The notes beneath the pieces were generated by a model. The model saw nothing but the letters and a program-made list of their open reading frames with translations. It was not told the DNA's origin and searched no databases. The translations under genes and the position numbers were made by a program. DNA of 55,449 bases from positions 1-55,449 of IMG/VR virus record IMGVR_UViG_3300042564_001643, one strand, 5' to 3'. This DNA is from a virus. Taxonomy: Duplodnaviria; Caudoviricetes. Of this stretch, positions 47,675 through 55,449 are shown piece after piece. The stretch's first letter is position 1. The number at the start of each line of letters is the position of its first letter.

Positions 47675-47735
47675 TTAATTCAATATAAGCATTTTTGACA
47701 TAATAAACTTCTAAAATTTAAAATTCAGAAGTCTT
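47675..47735 (-). promoter_or_regulatory. Putative promoter for scaffold-MCP with palindromic site
   Basis: TAAATTT-TAG-AAGTTTA (47704-47720) lies upstream of TATATTGA. Confidence 0.5.
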
Positions 47736-47756
47736 TTTTTGCAGTATATAGCTAAA

Positions 47757-50507
47757 CTAGTTCTTCTTATTTTTGCTGTCTGGCTTGTCAAATCTATTTT
47801 TGTTCTCTCTAGCTACTTGTAACTGTTTATCAGCTATTTCTTTTTGAGCTTGAATCTTCTCTCTTTCAATCTGATTTTTGTTATTAGCTATTCTGTCACG
47901 GTTCCCTTCTTTCATTCTTTCAAGATTAGATTGATCTTGATACATCTCTGTCTCTCTTATCTCTTTCATAGAATCTAAGTAATCAGACTGCATATTTGCA
48001 TTAAGATCTGAACCTGCTCCATATCCAGCTGCACGAATCTCAGCAACAAGTAAATCACGTTGTCTGTTTTTCTCAGCTTCCATTGCATCATAGTCTCTTT
48101 TAAGTCTAGCTTCTTCTGCTTGAGCTTGTAATTGTTGCTCTTGCATTTGTTGCTGTTGTTGCATCTCTTGCTGTTTGATGTTATTGTTCTTCTCTTCAGA
48201 AGTTTTAAGCACCTGATTAAGTTCAGAGATTGAGTCTGATTGTACAACTTTACCTAAGTCATATATAGTAGCACCAGTAGTATTGTTTTGTAAAGCCATA
48301 GACTTTAACTGTTCAAGTATTGCTCTGTGATTAGCTGTTGTTGAAGCAAAGATATTTAAGTCTCTCATCATCAGATCAGTACCATTCATCTCAAAGTTAA
48401 CTTTCTCATCAGCCGTGGTCATGTACTGCAGTCTTAAAGAAGGTTTAGTAGAATGATAGTACTGTGCTAGATCTGTACGCATTTGATGAACACGTGGCAT
48501 CAAGTAATCACAGTGCTGAATAAAGAATACTTCTGTCTGTGCGTATGAAGCTGAGACAGCCTGCTCTACTCCTGTAGCAGTTTGCTGACTAATTTGTTGC
48601 CCCATACGCTGAGGATTCACACCAATAACTTCATATGCTTGCTGCTTGAAGTAATTAGCTAATTGAATCCTTGACATTAGTCTACTTGTTTGTTCAAGAT
48701 CTAACTTCTGGAAATGTTGAAAGTTTAATGCATTCTCTGTATTTGATATAGATGTATCAAGAGGTAACATCTGGAAGTTCTTCATAGCAACGTATGCTTT
48801 AGCCAGATTGTTCTTACCCCAGTCTTCTCCCATGGAGTGACGAGGTAAGGCATTCTGGTCTAGGAGTATAACTGTGCCGAGTTCATCCACTAAAATATCT
48901 GCAATTTGATTGTTTACAATATTGTATCCAATCTGATATGGCTTCATTAAATCAATTAATGCAGTTGACTTAGTATTTCTATCTGAGAATACAGCACCTT
49001 CTACAGGAAGTTTACATCCGTAGATACTGTTATCTCCTTTGAATTGAAATCTAAGTGGGCCTATTTTGTTCTTATCAATACCAATATAAATTGGAGTAAA
49101 TCCACCAGGGTTATTCATACCCCAGAATGAAGGTACGTTTGGTCCAATCTTTACACCACCCCATACTTCATTAATCCAAATCCAGTCAATGTGCTCACCA
49201 AAAACTAAGTTATCTTTTGTTCTGTTTTTGAATAAGCGTGTATCATATAATGGTTTATCAATAACTGCATAGTCTTCTGTTACAATCTCATTAAGTACTT
49301 CACCATTTTCAGCTACTTTTGTTAAGTGACCTACTTTACGTTGTGACTTCCAATATGATGTAGATACTCTTAATAGATATGCAGTACCTGCTACATTATA
49401 ATCTTCACCTTCAGCTAAGATCTGAGATATAACATCTCCTCCCTCAAGAACTGACCCTGATACCATAGAGGTATATTGGCGGTATGCTAATGAAGGTAAG
49501 TTAGTATTCCATTCATGAGTTTTGGTTGCATCATAATATGAACCATCATTTTGTTGTCCACCAATATTATAACCTGCAGATCTGATAGGATAGATTGCTT
49601 CTAATGCCTCCAATTGATCTTCAGTCATCAAGTATCCATACTTATCAATAACGTCTGCTACAGTGAACATATCTGTTTTACCAACCCAGTTAGCTTGTGA
49701 TATGTATCTTGCATCTGGAGATTTGTGATAGAATGTAAGTACAGGATTCCATAATTCAACATCATAGTCATCCTCCATCATACGCATGTGCCAGAACTCG
49801 CGGTCAGTAATAAGCATATCACGGAAACCTCTTTCTTCTAACTCATCCATCTTGAATCTCTCAACATCTACTTTATGTTGGTGAGTAGCCCATTGTTCAA
49901 TCATTGATCTGTAGTCTTTCTTAAAGAACATCTCAATCTCTGGTAATGTCTTAAGCTTTTCCGGATTTAATTCTTGTTGTGCTTCTTCTGATTCAGGATC
50001 TAATCCTTGTTGTAACATTGCTGCTACAATCTTCATCTTAGCTTCACCTAATAAAACCTCTTCAACTGCTACACGTTTTTGCTCTAACATCTCATTATAA
50101 GAGATCTCATCTACTCCAGTATATGTAAGCTTAGTTGATCTCTTAGCAAATTCAGCTACTAGAACATTAATAACATTAGGGATAATAGGGTAGAACTTAA
50201 GCTCAAGTGCAGAATAGTCTTCTTTAGTTAAGGTCTCAACAATATCTCTGTACTCATTGTCTTCTTCAACAATGTAATCAGATTTATCAATGATACCTTT
50301 TGCAAGCTTGTAGTTCTTCATGAATCTACGTGCATTTCTACGGATCTGTTTTAATCCATTCCATTCCAACCAGTCAAGATTCCAGGCAGCCCATTCTTGA
50401 TCTTTATCTTTTTTAGGGATAAACTGTAATGGTTGGGTAATACTACCCATTCTATTATGCTGAACTTTTGCTCCCTTCTTTAACTGTAGTGCGTTATATA
50501 CTTGCAT
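47757..50507 (-). CDS. Portal protein
   Basis: 916 aa directly after TerL. YPIIPNVINVL, WINEVWGG and LIDLMKPYQIGYNIV motifs and a Q-rich C-terminal barrel helix. Confidence 0.88.
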   Translation of the reverse strand: MQVYNALQLKKGAKVQHNRMGSITQPLQFIPKKDKDQEWAAWNLDWLEWNGLKQIRRNARRFMKNYKLAKGIIDKSDYIVEEDNEYRDIVETLTKEDYSALELKFYPIIPNVINVLVAEFAKRSTKLTYTGVDEISYNEMLEQKRVAVEEVLLGEAKMKIVAAMLQQGLDPESEEAQQELNPEKLKTLPEIEMFFKKDYRSMIEQWATHQHKVDVERFKMDELEERGFRDMLITDREFWHMRMMEDDYDVELWNPVLTFYHKSPDARYISQANWVGKTDMFTVADVIDKYGYLMTEDQLEALEAIYPIRSAGYNIGGQQNDGSYYDATKTHEWNTNLPSLAYRQYTSMVSGSVLEGGDVISQILAEGEDYNVAGTAYLLRVSTSYWKSQRKVGHLTKVAENGEVLNEIVTEDYAVIDKPLYDTRLFKNRTKDNLVFGEHIDWIWINEVWGGVKIGPNVPSFWGMNNPGGFTPIYIGIDKNKIGPLRFQFKGDNSIYGCKLPVEGAVFSDRNTKSTALIDLMKPYQIGYNIVNNQIADILVDELGTVILLDQNALPRHSMGEDWGKNNLAKAYVAMKNFQMLPLDTSISNTENALNFQHFQKLDLEQTSRLMSRIQLANYFKQQAYEVIGVNPQRMGQQISQQTATGVEQAVSASYAQTEVFFIQHCDYLMPRVHQMRTDLAQYYHSTKPSLRLQYMTTADEKVNFEMNGTDLMMRDLNIFASTTANHRAILEQLKSMALQNNTTGATIYDLGKVVQSDSISELNQVLKTSEEKNNNIKQQEMQQQQQMQEQQLQAQAEEARLKRDYDAMEAEKNRQRDLLVAEIRAAGYGAGSDLNANMQSDYLDSMKEIRETEMYQDQSNLERMKEGNRDRIANNKNQIEREKIQAQKEIADKQLQVARENKNRFDKPDSKNKKN

Positions 50508-50512
50508 AGTTT

Positions 50513-52717
50513 CTATTTAAAATTTTTAAATGGTGATCTCTTAATTGTTTTACCCCCACTTCTTAAGCCATTACCCATGTGACGGAACGGACTATGAGAT
50601 AATTTAAACAAATTATCTGACTTTTGCAAGTTTTTAGCCGCATCATCCATGATTGTTCTTTTCATAAATCCTCTATTGGACATCTGAATTTTCATAAAAG
50701 CCACTAGTGCAGAGAACGCAACAAGTCTATCCACGTTGAGTCCTTCAGTGTAAGCCTTCATTTCTTTAAGAAGCATAGGGTCAGGTATACGTTCTATACC
50801 ATAGGTTGTTTTTACTATAGTTCCATCTTCCTTAGTTACAGTATCTAATTCTTCTCTAGTGTATTCAATAACATAACTTAGTAAGTGAGACTTAAATAGT
50901 ATACCGGTATTCTTCCATCCATATTCCTGGAATACATTAGCATTAGCACCCAGGTCTTTTAAGAACATAATCTGTGTTCTTGGTACCAGATACTTCTGTT
51001 TCTTTCTTGATATCATATACTGGATAAACAAGGAGATGTTATTCTCTATCACCGTCCATGCATTATACCATTCTATAATCATCTCAAGTCTTTCATGTGT
51101 TTTCTTAATATCATCAAAGCGGCCACACCAAGCTGCTACAATCTTATCCTGTTCAATAAAGTTCTCAGCTTCTACACCAGATAACTTAGTTACCTCTACT
51201 GGAGCTTTCATAACATATATAGAACACAATGATTCAGATGTAGTTGTTTTTCCCTCAGACACGGGGTCAATAGATGCATAATAGGTCCCAAAGCTAGGAT
51301 CCTTAACTGGTCTTTCCCATACTACAAGAGTACCTGTTTTATCTTCTGTCTTCTTTCCAATAGGAAATTCAGATATTGGTAACTTATTAGTTTCCCTTAC
51401 TTTAGGGTGACCTTGTTCATCTCTGTATATATCTAAGAACTCATATGAGTATTCTTTTTCTTCAATTCTTTTAAGCTGAGCATTGACTAAATGCTGTGGG
51501 AATATTGATACTTTTCTGTGAGCAAAAGCCTCTTCAATATTTCTTGGGTGCTGAGATACTTCTAATTGGTATTTCTCAGGAGTCATTTTCCTTTTACACT
51601 CTTCAAAGTATTGATCAAGTGCTTTTAATGATTCTTCTACAAGTGAATTACCATAGTCATCAATGTATGGTGGCATTGACCATTGTTCAGGTATAAATAA
51701 ACCTGACATACCTATAGTATTATCCTTATCTAGTAGATTAGTGTCTACTGCATAGATATCATTACCCTCTGGATCTAACATCATAGCTTTAAGTGGTTCA
51801 CATTGGTCCAAGTCCCCTACAGAACCTGCTGCAATAAACATCCCTGTTGTCATCATACCAGACTTTAATGCTGGTTTGATATATCCAAATGTGGTATCCA
51901 TCTTAGGAGCAATCCCTGCCTCTTCATGGAAGAAGTATTTAACTGGACCCCCTACACCATTTGTTGGATCTTTTTCAAAAGACATACCTTGTATAGTTCC
52001 TTTAAGACCCACTTCTGTTTTTCTGTCTCCTTTTCTAACCTCAATCTTTTGTTGCCACATCATTACCTTGTCTGGAGACATTGGACGGTACCATGCTGTG
52101 TGCTCATTCAAGAATGCTGCATATTCATTTAAGAATTTCCATGTACCTTTCTCATTGATGTAATCTTTAAGTGAGGCACCCATCTTAAGTGTAACACCGG
52201 TTTCAAACCATTGCTGATTAATTAGTTTACCTGCATGAAAATATGATGAAGCTATCTGACGTTTCTTAAGAATAGCTACATGTTTGTAGTGTAATTCTGC
52301 TAACCATTCATAAAGAGCCATATGATACTGAGCATCACGTATTTTAGCAAAGCCAAAGTTTTGTTCTTCTTTATCAAAGATTGGTAGAAAGTTTAACCAC
52401 ATGTAGTAATCACGTGTAAGGTACCAAGTCTCTTTACCTGATTTGACTATAATACCTTTTCTACATTTATTCTTTTGATCATCCCAATATGTTAGGAAGT
52501 CCTTAGATCTAAATGGAGCTGTACAGTATACCTTAGTTTTCTGAAAGATTTGTGCCTGTTCATTGAAGATCTTATTAGTATCATCATTAAAGTTATACTG
52601 ACCCGGTTCCTTAAATAAAGTAAGTAAGAATGTTTTAAACTCATCTCTTGAGTTAAAATCAGTAACAGTCCAGGTACCATTATCCCAGGTTGGTATGTCA
52701 TTCCAAATTTCTTCCAT
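50513..52717 (-). CDS. terL: Terminase large subunit
   Basis: Walker A-like ILKKRQIASS, Walker B YFFHEEAG, RNase H-like YYASIDP, IENN and C-terminal NVDRLVA. Confidence 0.92.
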   Translation of the reverse strand: MEEIWNDIPTWDNGTWTVTDFNSRDEFKTFLLTLFKEPGQYNFNDDTNKIFNEQAQIFQKTKVYCTAPFRSKDFLTYWDDQKNKCRKGIIVKSGKETWYLTRDYYMWLNFLPIFDKEEQNFGFAKIRDAQYHMALYEWLAELHYKHVAILKKRQIASSYFHAGKLINQQWFETGVTLKMGASLKDYINEKGTWKFLNEYAAFLNEHTAWYRPMSPDKVMMWQQKIEVRKGDRKTEVGLKGTIQGMSFEKDPTNGVGGPVKYFFHEEAGIAPKMDTTFGYIKPALKSGMMTTGMFIAAGSVGDLDQCEPLKAMMLDPEGNDIYAVDTNLLDKDNTIGMSGLFIPEQWSMPPYIDDYGNSLVEESLKALDQYFEECKRKMTPEKYQLEVSQHPRNIEEAFAHRKVSIFPQHLVNAQLKRIEEKEYSYEFLDIYRDEQGHPKVRETNKLPISEFPIGKKTEDKTGTLVVWERPVKDPSFGTYYASIDPVSEGKTTTSESLCSIYVMKAPVEVTKLSGVEAENFIEQDKIVAAWCGRFDDIKKTHERLEMIIEWYNAWTVIENNISLFIQYMISRKKQKYLVPRTQIMFLKDLGANANVFQEYGWKNTGILFKSHLLSYVIEYTREELDTVTKEDGTIVKTTYGIERIPDPMLLKEMKAYTEGLNVDRLVAFSALVAFMKIQMSNRGFMKRTIMDDAAKNLQKSDNLFKLSHSPFRHMGNGLRSGGKTIKRSPFKNFK

Positions 52718-53235
52718 TACATATCATATGCTAGTCCTTGGCCACCACGCACTTTGCTGGATTGCTCTTCTTGTAAATCTTTATATGCACCTTTGAATGA
52801 AGCTCTTACAGCATCATAGTTCTTAGCAGCATTGATCATAGCTGTTAAGTTACCATCTCTACCATCTGTAATTTGCCTTGTTTCCATATACCGTCCTAAT
52901 CTATCTAACATAGTTGCTATACCCTTGTACGCGCGGGAGGTTGGAGTCTCAAACATTCTTTCACAGAAAAGTAATCCTATTTGTATAGTATCATCTTCTG
53001 GAGAAAACTCAGCACCAATTTCTTTAAGAATGATATCCATCTTATCAAGCTCTGGTGTAAAGAAGAATGGATTCATATCAGGGTTAGGACATGTCATATA
53101 GAAGATATATAAGTATATCTTAAGATAGTCCTCCGGATATTCATCCATAATATCTTTGAGTGATTTCAGCGTATAGCAATGTTCAGTAGGAACTACTATA
53201 CCATTCTGTACATCAAATAATCTTGCAAAATTCAT
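52717..53235 (-). CDS. Putative terminase small subunit / conserved helical protein
   Basis: 172 aa, coupled directly upstream of terL, with a helical C-terminal half ending VRGG. The assignment is positional. Confidence 0.45.
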   Translation of the reverse strand: MNFARLFDVQNGIVVPTEHCYTLKSLKDIMDEYPEDYLKIYLYIFYMTCPNPDMNPFFFTPELDKMDIILKEIGAEFSPEDDTIQIGLLFCERMFETPTSRAYKGIATMLDRLGRYMETRQITDGRDGNLTAMINAAKNYDAVRASFKGAYKDLQEEQSSKVRGGQGLAYDM

Positions 53236-54065
53236 TTCTTTTTAATTTTATCTCTGTTATCATGAAGCCAGTTAATTATATTAATAACTTCCTCCTTTAG
53301 ATAAGGCATCTTCATAGCTATGACTTCTTTTACAATTGGGTCTCCGTTACTTGAGTATTTAGTTATTGGGTACCCAAATTCATCTTTATCTTCTTCTTCA
53401 AAAGATACATGATGAATGTATATATCTCCAGCTGATAACTTAGGGTTATGCTTTAATATAATATACATATAAATACTAAGCTGCAAAGCATAGTGATTAT
53501 AGTTACAATCATCTAGATGATCAACAGGGAATAGTAGTTTACTAGAAACACCCTCCCAGTTTTTGAATGACTCAGTTTTGATTTCTTTGTTTGTCTTGTA
53601 ATCAATAATGTGAACTCTACCATTAACAACTTCTACTAAATCTGATTGACCACAGATACCAATTGATTTTAGATATACCATATGTTCAGGATATACACCG
53701 TCATCTAACCTTTGACTAGGTGCTATCTTTAAGCTGTTTTCTTCAATTGGAGTAAATATAGGAATATTAACACCTTCTCTATTAATAGAGGATAATGAAC
53801 ATAGATCTGCTTCTCTTTGATTATGATAGAATGTACCTAGTGTAGTAGCTCTGTCAGCTTCATTCTTCCACAGCTCTAATATCTTCTCAGGCGGTATACC
53901 ATACCACTTGGATTTTTGCTTCTTTGTAACACTTGCTGCTACTTTTTCAGCATCAAATGGAATCTTGAAATTAGATATAAGAGATGTAACACTTATCCAG
54001 TTAATCCCTTCTGTATTATCTAAACTCTTATAGCTGTGATCTGCAGCATTAAATACTATGCTCAT
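53232..54065 (-). CDS. PD-(D/E)xK (RecB/Cas4-like) nuclease
   Basis: SVTSLI...GTFYH...ICGQSDL...IIDYKTN...YALQLSIY motifs. Confidence 0.85.
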   Translation of the reverse strand: MSIVFNAADHSYKSLDNTEGINWISVTSLISNFKIPFDAEKVAASVTKKQKSKWYGIPPEKILELWKNEADRATTLGTFYHNQREADLCSLSSINREGVNIPIFTPIEENSLKIAPSQRLDDGVYPEHMVYLKSIGICGQSDLVEVVNGRVHIIDYKTNKEIKTESFKNWEGVSSKLLFPVDHLDDCNYNHYALQLSIYMYIILKHNPKLSAGDIYIHHVSFEEEDKDEFGYPITKYSSNGDPIVKEVIAMKMPYLKEEVINIINWLHDNRDKIKKK

Positions 54066-54282
54066 TACGTATCTGATTTATAGCCATTACAGCAATTTCA
54101 TAATTATCTCTATCTTCTGAATTCAGCATTAATTTCAAGTTAGCTCCTTCTTCTTTACTAACTTTTTTTTCATCTAATATATCATTTACAACATCAATAA
54201 AATAATGTACAGCTAAGAGATGACTTATCTTATCGGCTCCTGCAGCACCTGTATGTACTACTATATTTCTACTATCCTGCAT
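54049..54282 (-). CDS. Hypothetical protein (77 aa), shares C-terminal motif with upstream gene
   Basis: Fills the gap with overlaps at both ends. EEGANLKLMLNSED resembles EEVTNIRNMLMSED in 54272-54661. Confidence 0.55.
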   Translation of the reverse strand: MQDSRNIVVHTGAAGADKISHLLAVHYFIDVVNDILDEKKVSKEEGANLKLMLNSEDRDNYEIAVMAINQIRNEHSI

Positions 54283-54661
54283 TTTCTAAAATTGTATTAG
54301 CTAATATTCTTGATGCTTCATCTTCAGACATAAGCATATTGCGTATATTAGTTACTTCTTCTTGTGTAAATTTACCTTTTAGAGAGAGTATTTCTAATTG
54401 ATAGAGTTTAAGATCTAGTTGAACAAGTTGCATTTGATTCTCCATTTCTTTCAATCTTGTTTCAAAAGGATCCTCCATTATTGTATTAGTGTAAGGAGAA
54501 GATGTTGAGGTTATCTGACTCCATAATCCTTGACCATAACTTGCAGCATCATCAGTATGAAGCATAGTTTTAGTAGGATCACTAACATATATATTTTGTA
54601 CACCTTGTGCTTGTGCTTGTGCTTGTGCTTGTGCTTGCAATCTATCTGTAAACTTTGACAT
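54272..54661 (-). CDS. Hypothetical protein with QA repeat and coiled coil
   Basis: 129-aa ORF in operon context. Confidence 0.6.
   Translation of the reverse strand: MSKFTDRLQAQAQAQAQAQGVQNIYVSDPTKTMLHTDDAASYGQGLWSQITSTSSPYTNTIMEDPFETRLKEMENQMQLVQLDLKLYQLEILSLKGKFTQEEVTNIRNMLMSEDEASRILANTILENAG
54605..54638 (+). repeat. Perfect hexanucleotide repeat (TTGTGC)x5, encoding QAQAQAQAQAQ
   Basis: Read directly from the sequence. Confidence 0.9.
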
Positions 54662-54665
54662 AGTA

Positions 54666-54974
54666 TTAATCTTTAAGGTTATCTAAATTATCTTCATCTT
54701 CTTCTGTGATCAATGCAAACCACCGTGCTCCATCAGGATGTGGACATGATGATGATAAGGATCTTGTCTTAAATGCAAGAGAACATCCACACTCATTACA
54801 ACAAGGAGCTGTTCCTGGAACTGCACAATCCGTTCCTTTTATATCACATGAATCACAGATATCCATTCTAAAAGAAGCTACTTCTTCTACAAACTCATTC
54901 TTAATTATGCTATTCTTTATACCCTCTAAAATTTGTTTTCTGTTAGTCCAGAAATCACTCAACTTTTTTGCCAT
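54666..54974 (-). CDS. Small Cys-rich putative Zn-binding protein
   Basis: R..ICDSC...C...CCNECGC.L..K.R.....CP...W pattern. Confidence 0.65.
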   Translation of the reverse strand: MAKKLSDFWTNRKQILEGIKNSIIKNEFVEEVASFRMDICDSCDIKGTDCAVPGTAPCCNECGCSLAFKTRSLSSSCPHPDGARWFALITEEDEDNLDNLKD

Positions 54975-55320
54975 CTCTAAAAGCTTTTTTTTCTTGAATA
55001 TATCCTTCTATTCTGGTTCTTGCCTTATGCAGTTTCTCTAATTTGTTTTCTGCATTCTTTATGTTATGATAGTTACTAAAGGTTTGAGTATCACAAGCAT
55101 TCATGATGTTCTCATATTTCCTTATAGACTTTTCAACTGAAGACTGTTTTATTATAAAGGAACCTAATCCTGGTAGATTGATTTTGAGGTGCTCTAAACT
55201 AGATAGTGCTTTTCTCACTTCTTTATAGTAAAAGCTTACAATATCATCTACTGTAGATACTGGGATGTCTTTCTCCTCAGCTACCTGCTTAATTATCACT
55301 TCCGCTTTCTTCGGTATCAT
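54955..55320 (-). CDS. HU/IHF-like DNA-binding protein
   Basis: IIKQVAEEKDIP...VDDIV...INLPGLGSF is the HU/IHF signature. Confidence 0.75.
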   Translation of the reverse strand: MIPKKAEVIIKQVAEEKDIPVSTVDDIVSFYYKEVRKALSSLEHLKINLPGLGSFIIKQSSVEKSIRKYENIMNACDTQTFSNYHNIKNAENKLEKLHKARTRIEGYIQEKKAFRDGKKVE

Positions 55321-55449
55321 GTCCTAAGAATTTATAGTCAAGTAATACTGTTCCTTTTGTTTGGACTTTAAGATCTGGGTTTAGCATAATAACCTTTTTA
55401 TTACTTTGGTCTTTAATTACTAATCCATTTTTCTCAGCTTTATTTATAC
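55289..55449 (-). CDS. C-terminal fragment of putative winged-helix (RepL-like) protein; start outside window
   Basis: Manual translation gives ...INKAEKNGLVIKDQSNKKVIMLNPDLKVQTKGTVLLDYKFLGHDTEESGSDN* (TAA at 55291-55289). The helix-GL-wing-LNP pattern is typical of wHTH proteins. Confidence 0.5.
   Translation of the reverse strand, partial: INKAEKNGLVIKDQSNKKVIMLNPDLKVQTKGTVLLDYKFLGHDTEESGSDN

Noticed and set aside
48120-48180. Poly-Gln stretch in portal
   Set aside because: Q-rich C-terminal helices are ordinary in podovirus-type portal barrels.
16998-52701. Short alternative-frame minus-strand ORFs nested in larger genes (e.g. 17874-18098, 22552-22791, 31271-31525, 47975-48247)
   Set aside because: They are out-of-frame overlaps with no leader motif or protein-like features.
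44739-52717. Introns or inteins in terL, portal or MCP
   Set aside because: The ORFs are uninterrupted and of plausible length, with no intein or homing-endonuclease motifs seen.
53232-54065. Cas4-like nuclease as evidence of a CRISPR-Cas locus
   Set aside because: I saw no repeat-spacer array, no other cas genes and no Fe-S Cys cluster pattern. Standalone PD-(D/E)xK nucleases are common in phages.
108-55041. All plus-strand ORFs in the track (e.g. 108-350, 390-773, 11002-11343, 32863-33177, 54706-55041)
   Set aside because: They are short, Ser/Leu/Phe-rich antisense shadows lying wholly within long minus-strand genes, with no recognisable motifs.
1-55449. Stop-codon reassignment (TAG or TGA), known in some crAss-like phages
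   Set aside because: Genes tile densely in the standard code, and both TAG (47757, 34476) and TGA (31164, 53232) terminate genes at sensible boundaries.
1-55449. tRNA or rRNA genes
   Set aside because: Intergenic gaps are at most about 125 nt and are accounted for by promoters and terminators. I saw no cloverleaf signatures.

Overview
This window is about 55 kb of an AT-rich bacteriophage genome with crAss-like (Crassvirales-related) gene order, probably infecting a Bacteroidota host. All credible genes lie on the minus strand and read in the standard code. In transcription order (right to left) they are: a partial wHTH/RepL-like gene, an HU/IHF-like protein, small genes, a PD-(D/E)xK nuclease, a putative TerS, TerL, portal, a scaffold-like protein, the major capsid protein, a conserved capsid-module protein, four Lys-rich basic proteins, a ring protein, a ferritin/Dps-like protein, a Cys-rich tail/fibre block, a second IHF-like protein, two ring/tube proteins, a 1828-aa tail stabilisation ('muzzle') protein, five large probable cargo/ejection proteins (one with a nuclease domain), and a >1622-aa giant protein missing from the ORF track that carries a zincin HExxH motif and runs off the left edge (possibly the virion RNA polymerase). 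The most unusual signals are: (1) dozens of xxGG and AQxG linker motifs dividing seven basic and cargo proteins into modules, which suggests a polyprotein-processing or capsid-packaging tag system; (2) a strand-specific RNA hairpin whose loop is complementary to an AAACCAACAA leader found before structural genes; (3) a repeated TAAACTT-N3-AAGTTTA palindrome overlapping Bacteroidota-type promoters; (4) a beta-barrel-like module inside a cargo protein; and (5) a strongly Cys-rich virion module. All product calls come from motif recognition and synteny. No database search was run.
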